64,000 nt of DNA from Longimicrobiales bacterium (lineage in GTDB: Bacteria; Gemmatimonadota; Gemmatimonadetes; Longimicrobiales; Gaopeijiaceae): contig OZ252251.1 in the NCBI GenBank assembly GCA_965249725.1, positions 160,001 to 224,000 of the forward strand. The letters run 5' to 3'. Every line of letters begins with the position of its first letter. Position 1 is the first letter of the stretch. The notes under the pieces are model-generated. The model did not search any database and was not told the origin of the DNA. It saw only the letters and a program-made list of their open reading frames with translations. Both the position numbers and the translations under genes were made by a program. Positions 17,836 to 27,401 of this stretch are shown here, in pieces.

Positions 17836-18590
17836 GTGATCGTCTCCTGAGGATCGTCCTCATTCCCGACTCCGCCGAGAGTCGTTCTTACAAGATCGGT
17901 TACCGTCGGCTTCGGATCCTCAGGGGTCTGGCCATCGGGCTCGGCGTCATCCTTCTCTTTGTGGTCGCCACGTGGGCCTATATGGCGGCTCGGGTCTCTC
18001 ATGTGGTCGAACTCGAAGCGCAGGTTGCGGCCCTGCAGGCCGAGCGGGCCCGCTTTCCGGCTCTCATTCGGCAGATCAACGCCTTGGAGGAGCAGTACGA
18101 GGGCCTCCGTGCGCTGTTCGCACCGGATGGAGCCGGTGCGCCGTCGGAGCTCTGGCTACCTCCCCCGGCCTCCTTGAGTCGATCGTCAGCCCGAGACGAG
18201 AGCGGTGCCGGGGTTCCCGACAGCTGGCCTCTGACGGAGCGTGGATTCGTCACGCAGGGGCTGTTGGATGACCAAGGGCGAGCCCATCCGGGACTGGACA
18301 TCGCGATCCCCACGGGGTCATATATTCGAGCCGCCGGCGCGGGCCAGGTACTCGACGTGGGTGAGGATGCCACGTATGGGTTGTATGTTCGTTTAGGACA
18401 TGGAAACGGATACGAGACCCTCTACGCTCATGCCTCGGTCACGGCGGTGGAGCTTGGAGAGGACGTTCGGAAAAACGAAGTGATCGCGTTCAGCGGATCG
18501 ACAGGACGGTCGACCGCTCCGCACCTCCACTTCGAAATCCTGCTCGAGGGAGCGGCGGTTGATCCCCTCGAGTTGGTTCAACAGCCTTAG
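17832..18590 (+). CDS. Membrane-anchored M23 family peptidase
   Basis: TM, coiled coil, HPGLD and HLH zinc motifs, YAH; TTGA overlap with the parB stop. Confidence 0.9.
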   Translation: MSDRLLRIVLIPDSAESRSYKIGYRRLRILRGLAIGLGVILLFVVATWAYMAARVSHVVELEAQVAALQAERARFPALIRQINALEEQYEGLRALFAPDGAGAPSELWLPPPASLSRSSARDESGAGVPDSWPLTERGFVTQGLLDDQGRAHPGLDIAIPTGSYIRAAGAGQVLDVGEDATYGLYVRLGHGNGYETLYAHASVTAVELGEDVRKNEVIAFSGSTGRSTAPHLHFEILLEGAAVDPLELVQQP

Positions 18591-18613
18591 AATCAGCCAG
18601 GAGAGCGGGCGTT

Positions 18614-19393
18614 ATGGCCAAGAACGACAGGAACAACAACCACACCACAGCCCCCGAGGCGGTCATCTCCATCATCGGGGTGGGCATGACGCTGACCGGC
18701 GATTGTGAGACGGATGGCGCGCTCCGGATCGAGGGTACCGTCCAGGGTAACGTTCGGGCCGGAAAGGCTGTCGTCATCGGCAAGGAGGGACTCGTCGATG
18801 GTAACATCTACACTCAGGACGCCGTTATCTCAGGTCGGGTGCTGGGGTCGGTTCACGCCCAGTCGCGACTCGAGCTGCAGTCCACCAGTCAGATTTCGGG
18901 CGAGATCGAGGCGCTGCGGATGCAGCTCGAGGAGGGTGCTTCGGTCCAGGGGAAGGTCGCCGTAGGCGAGGCCCAGCCCGAGGCCAGACCGGCGGTCGCC
19001 ACTCCGAGAGCGTCGGAGGGTGGGGTCGGAGGCCAGGGAGCCCCTGGGCCTTCAACCGCTGGGGCTTCAACCGTTGGGGTTTCAGGCGGTGTGACCCACG
19101 GGGGCGGTTCTGCAGTGTCAGCGTCTCCGGCCCGGTCAGCGCCGTCGGGCCCTGGGGCTTCAACCGCTGGGGCTTCGACCGCTGGGGCCGTGCCCTCGTC
19201 GCCCTCTCAGGCGTCGCCCCAGACAGCGCCGCAGACGTCACCCGGACCGGGTCCGTCCCAGTCTGGACCGGCTCAAAGACCGGCTCAAGGACCGGCTCAA
19301 GGACCGGCTCAAGGACCGGCTCAAGGACCGGCTCAAGGCGAGGGTCGTTCGGCTCAGGTGCCGCCGTCCCCTCCGATCACTCGACCCACGTAG
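18614..19393 (+). CDS. Bactofilin (polymer-forming cytoskeletal protein) with a long low-complexity C-terminal tail
   Basis: SIIGVGMTLTGD..LRIEGTVQGNV..VIGKEGLVDGNI..LEEGASVQG beta-helix repeats. Confidence 0.92.
   Translation: MAKNDRNNNHTTAPEAVISIIGVGMTLTGDCETDGALRIEGTVQGNVRAGKAVVIGKEGLVDGNIYTQDAVISGRVLGSVHAQSRLELQSTSQISGEIEALRMQLEEGASVQGKVAVGEAQPEARPAVATPRASEGGVGGQGAPGPSTAGASTVGVSGGVTHGGGSAVSASPARSAPSGPGASTAGASTAGAVPSSPSQASPQTAPQTSPGPGPSQSGPAQRPAQGPAQGPAQGPAQGPAQGEGRSAQVPPSPPITRPT
19265..19336 (+). repeat. 12-bp tandem repeat GGACCGGCTCAA x6 encoding (GPAQ)n
   Basis: Read directly. Confidence 0.95.
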
Positions 19394-19523
19394 CTTTCCC
19401 ACAATGGTGGATATTCAAGTTATGTCGGTGGGGCACAATGGGTTACGGTAGCCTAACGTCACCCGGCACACCTTTGAATGGAGCCAACCACGGCACTTTT
19501 CCACATTGTGAAGACCTCCATAC

Positions 19524-20276
19524 ATGAAATTAGAATCTTTGCTCCAATACCTGGCGGAGTACCTGGAGGTGGAAGGGTTTCCGGATCACGCTTTGGCCCA
19601 CAACGGGTTGCAGGTGGAGGGGCCGACCGAAATCGAGCGTTTGGCCGTGGCCGTGGATGCCAGCGAGGCCGTGATCGTCCAAGCGGTGGAAGCCGGCGTG
19701 GACCTGCTCATTGTGCACCATGGTCTCTTCTGGGATGGGCAGACCCCGATCACGGGGCGCAGGTTCAGGAAGGTACGCTCGCTCATCCAGGGCGGGACCG
19801 CCCTCTACGGTTGCCATCTACCGCTCGACGCCCACGTCGAGGTCGGTAACTGCGCCGTCTTGTGCAAAGAGATGGGTTGGGAGCCCGCCGGGCGCTTCGG
19901 AGGCGAGGAGGGGCGTGAGATCGGCTGGTGGTGCGAGGTCGACGTCGACCGGGAGGCCTTGGTCACGCGGGTTTCAGAGGTGGTGGGCGGCCCCGTTCGT
20001 CTCATCCCTGGGGGCCCCGAACACGTCTATCGAATCGGGGTGGTCACCGGCGCTGCTGCGAGCCTGATTCCCGATGCCGCTGAGTTCGGTTTGGATGCAC
20101 TCCTGACCGGGGAAGGGTCTCACCACACCTTCAACGACGCCATGGAGTACGGGGTAAACACCCTATACGCGGGCCACTACGCGACGGAGACATGGGGTGT
20201 GAAGGCCCTCGGCGCCCACCTCGAGGAGCGTTTCGGTCTCACCTGGCAGTTCATCGACGCGCCTACGTGTCTCTGA
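19524..20276 (+). CDS. Nif3-like dinuclear metal center protein
   Basis: NGLQVEG, VHHGLFW, HLPLDAH, TGE, AGHYATE. Confidence 0.93.
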   Translation: MKLESLLQYLAEYLEVEGFPDHALAHNGLQVEGPTEIERLAVAVDASEAVIVQAVEAGVDLLIVHHGLFWDGQTPITGRRFRKVRSLIQGGTALYGCHLPLDAHVEVGNCAVLCKEMGWEPAGRFGGEEGREIGWWCEVDVDREALVTRVSEVVGGPVRLIPGGPEHVYRIGVVTGAAASLIPDAAEFGLDALLTGEGSHHTFNDAMEYGVNTLYAGHYATETWGVKALGAHLEERFGLTWQFIDAPTCL

Positions 20277-20297
20277 CGCGCCGACGGGTCTCTGACT

Positions 20298-22430
20298 CTA
20301 AAACAGTCCGTCGAAGTAGATGTGCAGCCGAGTCCCGTCTCCACCTTTGAGGACGTGGGCCAGGTCGAATCGTACGAGGCCATCGAGCAGCGAAGCACCG
20401 ATCCCCGCCGATGACGCGTACCCCTCCGTGTCGAATCGCTCCTCGGGGCCGACCCAGGCGAAATCGGCGAAGCCCACGACCCGGACCGCCGGGAAGTTGG
20501 TCGCGACCTCGGCCCTTCCGAACCAGAATGCCGTCCCTGTCAGATCCCCGGTGTACATGCCCCGGAAGGTCTCCGGTCCTCCGAGATAGAAGTGCCGTTG
20601 GACGGGGGTGTCTTCGGCTGCCATGCCGATGCCGCCCTCGACGGCTCCGACCAGGTCGAACGGCAGCGGGTGGGACAGTGTGCCGCTGGCCAGCCAGCGC
20701 CAATACTCGATATCGCCTGTCCTATCCCGAAGGTCACCAGCTCCGCCCTCGAGCACGACACGGCCCGAGAGCATGAGCGCGGCGGGATCGACACCGCGAT
20801 GCCCGCGGAGCCCCACCTCTCCCCCGTACACGGAACCCTCGACTGCCGAGATGTTCTCCGGCATGTGGTCGTCGGGCCCGATCGCGCGCTGGAGGTAGAA
20901 GTCGGTTCCCTTGGACACGGCACGATGCTCCTCGAAGAACAACCTCATCGTCCTTCGCGACGAACGCCCTGACGACACGAGGCTGAGCTCCGCTCCGAAC
21001 GCGTCGAAAAAGGCACCCTGGTCATGGCCCCCCAACAGGTTGTTGAAGGACCGAGTAAACTCGAGAGGCCGTGCCCCGTCCGAACCGTAGTCGAGCCGTC
21101 GGTAGGCGGATATGGCCCATCCCCGGTCGGGCTCGCCGCGGTACACGGTGACCTCTCCTCTCGGCTCCCAGTCTGCGGTACCGATCCGTCCCTCCGCGCG
21201 TACGCTGAAGCGACTCGGAAGGGGTAGGGTGCCTGACGTACCGAGGCTCAGCCCCTCGATGCGGTTGTAACGGGCCATCCCTTCGCGGAGGCCCCAGGCC
21301 CATTCGGGGCCGGGTCGAGCCTGCGATGGCAGCAGGTCTTCGAGTTCGCCCTTGAGCTCGTCGATCTCACTGTCACTGAAGGCTGCGGGAGCGCGATCTA
21401 CGGTGGCCTCCGACAGCTCGGGAGAGTTGACGATCGAGTCGGTGGGCGGCATGAGGATGGTCACGTAGCTGACCTGCCCGTCCCGATCCCTTCGGTGCTC
21501 GCCTCGGGTCCACCCGGGGGGGAGAGGCCCGACGATGGGCAGTTCCGATTCCTCTTCATTCACAATGTACCCGCCCACGGTCCACTCCACCGTCAGCGGG
21601 ATCTCGAGAAACCGCCCAAGGGTGGCCTCGCCCTCTAACGCAAAGCGCCGCGGGAGCCAGTAGCGGAGTTCGTGGAGGCTGTACTCCACGGTGACGTACT
21701 CGATTTCGGCCGTGATGGGCTTTAGAAGGCCCGGCACCTCCTCTGCGTCCTCCGGCTCCATGAGGTCGAGGTCGAACGGTCGCGCGGGCTTGTAGCTCGC
21801 ACGGACCAGACTACCCGAGTCCTGATCGAACCAGAGCGAGCCGGCCACCAGGTGTATGTCCGGCCGTCGTGGCTCGACCTGTACCTCGATCATCGTGAGC
21901 CGACGATCCGGGAGCGACAGGCGTAGGGTGTCGCCCGAGCCGAATCGATAGTGCAGCGCGGCCGAATCGGAGAGAGGATGGAGCACCCACTCGTCCCCGA
22001 AGAGCATGCGGTCGTCCCAGGGATCGAACTCCAGCGCTGCGGGCGGCTCGTCCATGAGGTCGTCACCGATGTCTTCGTTGATCTCGGCCTGCATCTCGGG
22101 GCTGTTTCCGACCAGGGGCACCTGATAGCGCGCGCCGATCCACTCGATGTACCGGTCGCCACCCCTCTCCCAGCGTATCCGGGCCACCCGCTCTCCGTCG
22201 AAGAGGCCCCGTTCGCGGCGGAAGCGCGTCACGTTCAGGCCCACGTAGATCCTCTCGCGGGCCAGCCCCTCGTAGCTGAGAATCCCCTCCATGTCCCTGG
22301 TGCGGGCCGCCGCGGCGCTGGCCAGAATCGTCTGAACTCCCTGGTCCTTGTAGGTGTCCTGCGGCACGGTAGGGGGTGTGGAAACCTGGAGAGAGGCCGC
22401 CACGAGCAAGGGGCCGAGCGTGGTAATCAT
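20298..22430 (-). CDS. Hypothetical outer-membrane beta-barrel protein
   Basis: Signal-like N-terminus, RYNRIEGLSLG, FYLGG..TFRG, alternating beta strands, terminal Phe (YFDGLF). Confidence 0.7.
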   Translation of the reverse strand: MITTLGPLLVAASLQVSTPPTVPQDTYKDQGVQTILASAAAARTRDMEGILSYEGLARERIYVGLNVTRFRRERGLFDGERVARIRWERGGDRYIEWIGARYQVPLVGNSPEMQAEINEDIGDDLMDEPPAALEFDPWDDRMLFGDEWVLHPLSDSAALHYRFGSGDTLRLSLPDRRLTMIEVQVEPRRPDIHLVAGSLWFDQDSGSLVRASYKPARPFDLDLMEPEDAEEVPGLLKPITAEIEYVTVEYSLHELRYWLPRRFALEGEATLGRFLEIPLTVEWTVGGYIVNEEESELPIVGPLPPGWTRGEHRRDRDGQVSYVTILMPPTDSIVNSPELSEATVDRAPAAFSDSEIDELKGELEDLLPSQARPGPEWAWGLREGMARYNRIEGLSLGTSGTLPLPSRFSVRAEGRIGTADWEPRGEVTVYRGEPDRGWAISAYRRLDYGSDGARPLEFTRSFNNLLGGHDQGAFFDAFGAELSLVSSGRSSRRTMRLFFEEHRAVSKGTDFYLQRAIGPDDHMPENISAVEGSVYGGEVGLRGHRGVDPAALMLSGRVVLEGGAGDLRDRTGDIEYWRWLASGTLSHPLPFDLVGAVEGGIGMAAEDTPVQRHFYLGGPETFRGMYTGDLTGTAFWFGRAEVATNFPAVRVVGFADFAWVGPEERFDTEGYASSAGIGASLLDGLVRFDLAHVLKGGDGTRLHIYFDGLF

Positions 22431-22527
22431 GGCGTCGAAAACGTCTCCTTCAGGGGAGGTTGCCCCCCGTATGGCTCGTAGATACGATCCCGGTGCATTC
22501 CGGCTGTACATCCTTGGAGGAAACGAT

Positions 22528-24876
22528 ATGTCCTACCGGTTCCTGACCGGCCCTGCCCTCTCCTTCGTCGCGGTGAGCCTCCTGGCGGCTCAGAGCGTAC
22601 CGACCCCCCGATCCTACTTCGGTTTCGCGATCGGCGACGAGCGAAAGATGGCGAATTGGACCCAACTTACTTCGTACTACGAGAAACTGGCGGAAACGAG
22701 TCAGCGCGTAGAAGTAGATACCCTCGGGGCGACCACGATGGGTCGTCCGTTCGTGATGCTCACCATCACGAGCGAGGAGAATCAGGCCCGGATCGACGAG
22801 CTCCATGCCATCCAGATGAAGCTCTCCGATCCTCGCCAGGTTTCCGGCGAGGACGAGCTCGCTCGCCTGCTCGACACGGGGCGGGCGGTCGTGCTCATCA
22901 CCCACGCTATTCACTCGACGGAAGTCGGGAGTGCCCAGACCGCAGCCCGGCTGGCTCATCGCCTCGCCTCTTCCGATGATCCGAAGGTGCGGGAGATTCT
23001 GGACAACGTCATCCTGCTGGACATCCCGTCTCTCAACCCCGATGGGACTGAGTGGGTCGTCGACTGGTACAACCAGTGGCTCGGCACCGAGTACGAGGCG
23101 GCGCCCATGCCCTGGCTGTACCACTACTACGTGGGGCACGACAACAACAGGGACTGGTACGCGTTCACTCAGAAGGAGACTCAGCACACCGTTCTGGGCG
23201 CCCACAACGTGTGGCATCCCCAGATCGTGCACGATGTCCACCAGATGGGCGGCAACGGTGCCCGCATCTTCTTCCCGCCGTACATCGATCCCATCGAGCA
23301 CAACGTGGATCCGGGCCTCGTCACGGCCGTCAACATGCTGGGCACCTATATGGCCGCCGAACTGACGTCTCAGGGCAAATCCGGAGTAGTCGTCGATGCC
23401 ATCTATGATGGCTTCACCCCGGCCCGTGCGTATCAGCACTACCATGGGGGAGCGCGCATTCTGTCCGAAACGGCCTCGGCTCAGCTCGCTACCACGGTGA
23501 ACATATCTCCGGATCGCGTCGGCGGCGGTCGGGGATACGATGCCGCGGTCGCCTCAGCCAACTACCCGGACCCATGGAGGGGCGGAGAGTGGGGTCTCCC
23601 TGATATCGTGGAGTATCAGGATGCGGGGGCCATGGCGCTCCTCAGCAATGCGGCCAAGAACCGTCGCTTCTGGCTCGAGAACTTCTACCGGGTCAACGAG
23701 CGGGCGGTGAACGGGTGGGACGAGTGGCCCAGTGCCTGGGTGCTCCCGGCCGACCAGGCCAATCCTGACGGCCTGGCATACGCTCTCCGTGTCCTCCGCA
23801 TGGGCGACGTCGAGGTCCACGAGGCGTCACGAGCGTTCCAAGGCGACGGGAACCGGTATCCCGCCGGGACCTACGTGATTCCCATGAATCAGCCTTATGC
23901 GTCGTTCGCTCAGACCATGCTCGAGGTGCAGCACTACCCGGACCTACGGGAGTATCCGGGCGGTCCTCCGCGGAGGCCCTACGATGTGACGGCGCATACG
24001 CTGCCGCTCCTCTTGAACATAGAGGCCGTGTCGGTCGAGAGCGTTCAGCCCGGATTGGAAGCCATCGTCGGGGGCGAGGCGATACCGACACCGGAGTTCT
24101 CGTTCAACCTGCCACCTGGGTTGGAGGGAGACGACGCACCGAGAATCGCCGTGTACAAGTCCCGGCAGGAGCCCATGGAAGGTGGATGGACTCGCTGGGT
24201 CTTCGACCAACACGGACTGCAGTACGACACCCTGGGAGATGCCCGGGCCAGGGAGGGTTCGCTCAGGAGGAACTACGACGTCATCGTCTTCCAGGACCAG
24301 AGCCCCACGTCGATCTCCCAGGGAATCTCGGCGGGGACTCTCCCCGAGCCTTACGTGGGAGGTCTCGGAGAGGAGGGCCTGAATGCGCTCGAGGCCTTCG
24401 TCAACGAGGGTGGCCGAATCGTGGCGATCGAGGCCGCGACGGAGCTCGTCGCGGACCTCTTCGACATCGGGATCTCGAACGCCGTTGAGCGTCTCGAGTC
24501 CCGTGAGTTTTACGTCCCCGGATCGATTCTGGAGCTGCAGTTGGACACCGATCATCCGTTGAACGATGGGATGGACGAGTCGGTCGCGGCTTGGTACTGG
24601 GGTAGCAGCCGGGCGTTCGACGTACAGGATCCCGAGGTTCGGGTCACCGCCCGCTACAGCGAGGGGAATCCCGTACGATCCGGATGGATTCTCGGACCGG
24701 AACACCTGGCCGGGAAAGCCGCCGCGGTCGAGGCGTCCGTAGGCGGGGGGTCCGTGGTGCTGATCGGCTTCCAACCCAACTATCGGGCCCAATCGATGTC
24801 CACGTGGCGAATGTTGTTCAATGCGATGAACCCGTCCGACGGCGAGAGGCCGCGCACAGACGGAGATGCTTCATGA
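22528..24876 (+). CDS. Secreted M14 family zinc carboxypeptidase
   Basis: Signal peptide, IHSTE (HxxE), NPDG, HDNNRD, DVHQMG; GGAGG RBS. Confidence 0.9.
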   Translation: MSYRFLTGPALSFVAVSLLAAQSVPTPRSYFGFAIGDERKMANWTQLTSYYEKLAETSQRVEVDTLGATTMGRPFVMLTITSEENQARIDELHAIQMKLSDPRQVSGEDELARLLDTGRAVVLITHAIHSTEVGSAQTAARLAHRLASSDDPKVREILDNVILLDIPSLNPDGTEWVVDWYNQWLGTEYEAAPMPWLYHYYVGHDNNRDWYAFTQKETQHTVLGAHNVWHPQIVHDVHQMGGNGARIFFPPYIDPIEHNVDPGLVTAVNMLGTYMAAELTSQGKSGVVVDAIYDGFTPARAYQHYHGGARILSETASAQLATTVNISPDRVGGGRGYDAAVASANYPDPWRGGEWGLPDIVEYQDAGAMALLSNAAKNRRFWLENFYRVNERAVNGWDEWPSAWVLPADQANPDGLAYALRVLRMGDVEVHEASRAFQGDGNRYPAGTYVIPMNQPYASFAQTMLEVQHYPDLREYPGGPPRRPYDVTAHTLPLLLNIEAVSVESVQPGLEAIVGGEAIPTPEFSFNLPPGLEGDDAPRIAVYKSRQEPMEGGWTRWVFDQHGLQYDTLGDARAREGSLRRNYDVIVFQDQSPTSISQGISAGTLPEPYVGGLGEEGLNALEAFVNEGGRIVAIEAATELVADLFDIGISNAVERLESREFYVPGSILELQLDTDHPLNDGMDESVAAWYWGSSRAFDVQDPEVRVTARYSEGNPVRSGWILGPEHLAGKAAAVEASVGGGSVVLIGFQPNYRAQSMSTWRMLFNAMNPSDGERPRTDGDAS

Positions 24877-25658
24877 AGTGCACGAACTGCGGGTCGGAGG
24901 TGAGCGGCCGGTTCTGCTCGAGCTGCGGAGCCGCCCAAGGAGCCGCGAAGTGTCCGAAGTGCAGTCACGAATCGGCTCCGGGAGCTCGCTTCTGCAACCA
25001 GTGCGGCACCGCGATCGCCGGGGGAGGCGGAGGGGGCGGAGAAGCCGGACCGGCTGCGGCCGGGGGGGCACCAGCATCGGGTCCCGCCAACCAAGCGGTC
25101 TGGTACATGGCCGGAGCCCTCATGGTCGGCCTGATCCTGGTGGTAGCCTATCCGGTCTACGGACCGGGCCGTACGGCCCCGCCCCCGCCGCCGCCGCCGG
25201 CGCCGAACGCTGCGGCAATCGACCTCTCGACCATGTCGCCGCGGCAGGCTGCGGATCGGCTGTTCAACCGGGTCATGAGTGCTTCTTCGGCCGGAAACAT
25301 GGCAGAGGTGACCAACTTCCTGCCGATGGCCATCGGCGCCCATGAGTTGGTCGAAGATCTCGACGCGGACGGCAAGTTCCATCTGGTCCTGCTCCGGCTA
25401 CAGGGGTCGCTGAACGAGGACGCCCTGGCGTCGGCCGAGGAGATCCTGGCCGACCAGCCCGAGCACTTGTTGGGCCTGGCGGGAGCGGCCGACGCCTCCC
25501 TGGCGCTCGGGGACTCGGCCAGCGCACGCGCGTTCTACCAGCGCTGGCTGGATGCCTACGATGCCGAGATGGCCAAGGGCCTGTCGGAGTACAACGACCA
25601 CGGTGCTCTTCTCCCCACCATGCGGGCGACGGCCCAGGTGCTGATCGGGAACGACTGA
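24873..25658 (+). CDS. Double zinc-ribbon membrane protein with a helical (TPR-like) C-terminus
   Basis: Four CxxC pairs (CTNC, CSSC, CPKC, CNQC), one TM; ATGA overlap. Confidence 0.8.
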   Translation: MKCTNCGSEVSGRFCSSCGAAQGAAKCPKCSHESAPGARFCNQCGTAIAGGGGGGGEAGPAAAGGAPASGPANQAVWYMAGALMVGLILVVAYPVYGPGRTAPPPPPPPAPNAAAIDLSTMSPRQAADRLFNRVMSASSAGNMAEVTNFLPMAIGAHELVEDLDADGKFHLVLLRLQGSLNEDALASAEEILADQPEHLLGLAGAADASLALGDSASARAFYQRWLDAYDAEMAKGLSEYNDHGALLPTMRATAQVLIGND

Positions 25659-25663
25659 CCGGC

Positions 25664-26701
25664 GTGGACGCCCCGGTCCCGCCGACCCCGGCACCACGGG
25701 TCCAGGTGCCGGCGCGAGTCTTCCTGACCGGAGGCTCGGGGCTGCTGGGATCTCATATCGCTGAGCGGCTGCTCGAGTCCGGGCACGAGGTGGTCGCGCT
25801 ACAGCGGCCGACCTCGAATACCGGACTGCTCAGAGAGATCGGCTGCTCCGTTGCCGAGGGGGACATCCGCGACGACCCCGACCGGCTTGCAGCACACATG
25901 GAGGGATGCCGGTGGATGGTCCACTGCGCGGCCGTCGTGTACAGCGGTACGGAGTGGCCGAGCGTGCGAGCCGTCAACGTGGACGGCACCCGCAACGTGC
26001 TCGAGGGTGCGGCGCGTGCAGCGCTCGAGCACGCCGTCCACATCTCGTCGGTCTCTGTCTACGGACAGGTCGCCGCAGAGGCGGATGAGTCGGGACCTCT
26101 CGAAGGCCACCTTCGACCCCGGGATCTCTACGCGAGATCGAAGAGGATGGCGGAAGAGGTCGCTACGGAGGTACACGAGTCCGGACGGCTCGAGGTCACG
26201 GTCGTTCGCCCGGCCGTCGTCTACGGCGAGCGCGATCGGTTGTTCGCACCCCGGTTGGCCAGGTTTCTGCGGTGGCCGGTGGTGCCCGTGTTCGGATCAG
26301 GGGAGAACACCGTACCCGTCGTCTATGCTGGGAACGTGTCGGTGGGCGTGGAGGCGGCGCTGGACGGAACGGGCGCCGGTGAGGCGTTCAACCTTTCGGA
26401 GGATCATCCTCTGACCCAGAAGGGACTCCTCACGGGTCTCGCGAACGGACTCGGGCGATCTCCTCGATTCGTACACCTGCCGGCCAGTCTGATTCGGGGC
26501 GCGGCTCAACTCGGGGACGTAGCAGGTATCTCGGTTTCCGGAGCAGAGGGGCTCGCCCCGTCCCGAGTGGCGCGGCTCGCCTTGCGGGACAATCCTTATC
26601 GCTCCGAACGCGCCCGCGACATTCTGGGGTGGCGACCCCCTCACCGGCACGAAGATGCCCTCCGTCGAACCGGAGATTGGCTCTCCGGAAGAGCGAGGTA
26701 G
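25664..26701 (+). CDS. NAD-dependent epimerase/dehydratase (extended SDR)
   Basis: TGGSGLLG, HCAA, SSVSVYG, YARSK. Confidence 0.9.
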   Translation: MDAPVPPTPAPRVQVPARVFLTGGSGLLGSHIAERLLESGHEVVALQRPTSNTGLLREIGCSVAEGDIRDDPDRLAAHMEGCRWMVHCAAVVYSGTEWPSVRAVNVDGTRNVLEGAARAALEHAVHISSVSVYGQVAAEADESGPLEGHLRPRDLYARSKRMAEEVATEVHESGRLEVTVVRPAVVYGERDRLFAPRLARFLRWPVVPVFGSGENTVPVVYAGNVSVGVEAALDGTGAGEAFNLSEDHPLTQKGLLTGLANGLGRSPRFVHLPASLIRGAAQLGDVAGISVSGAEGLAPSRVARLALRDNPYRSERARDILGWRPPHRHEDALRRTGDWLSGRAR

Positions 26702-26708
26702 AGAGACT

Positions 26709-27401
26709 TTGAGCGACGACAGCAGCGAGACGAAGGACCCGACGGTTCTGGCCCGTCCACCCCACACGAAAGAGACGGAGGACGAGCGCTTCCTTCAGTC
26801 CACCGTCGATGAGCTTCAGGAGCGGGGGCTCCTCCGCGGGGGTCAGGAGTCTTGGCGTGTCTTCAGAATCCTGGGTGAGTTCGTCGAGGGATTCGGGGAG
26901 CTGAGCAACGTCGGCCCGTGCGTTTCCTTTTTCGGATCCGCCCGGCTGACCGATGCGGATCCCGTCTATCAGGAGTGTGTCGATCTCGGCCTGGACTTCC
27001 GGTACTTCTTCGTCCGGAAGACCATGTTCGTGAAGTACGCCCAGGCCTTCGTCATCTTCCCGGGTGGATTCGGGACGATGGATGAGTTGTTCGAGGCCCT
27101 CACGCTGATCCAGACGGGTAAAGTGCGGAACTTCCCCGTCGTCCTGTTCGGAACGGAGTATTGGTCGGGACTCCTGGCCTGGGTGCAGGAGCGGCTGGTC
27201 GGGGAGCAGAAGATCTCTCCGGAGGACCTCGATCTGATCTTCGTCACCGACTCCCCGGCCGAGGCGGTCGCCCACGTCGTGGACTGTCAGCCCAAGGGAT
27301 CGAGCGCACATCCCAAGCGTCGCAAGGAGGATGTGACGCGCGCGGGCGACGACCCTGGTCAGCCGGGTGGCGATGGGGCCCGCGCCGGAGATCTCGGTTG
27401 A
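26709..27401 (+). pseudogene. LOG family (TIGR00730-like) protein with an in-frame internal deletion
   Basis: FGSAR and FRYFFVRK..PGGFGTMDE present, but the TGGGPGxMEAAN segment between them is missing. Confidence 0.7.
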
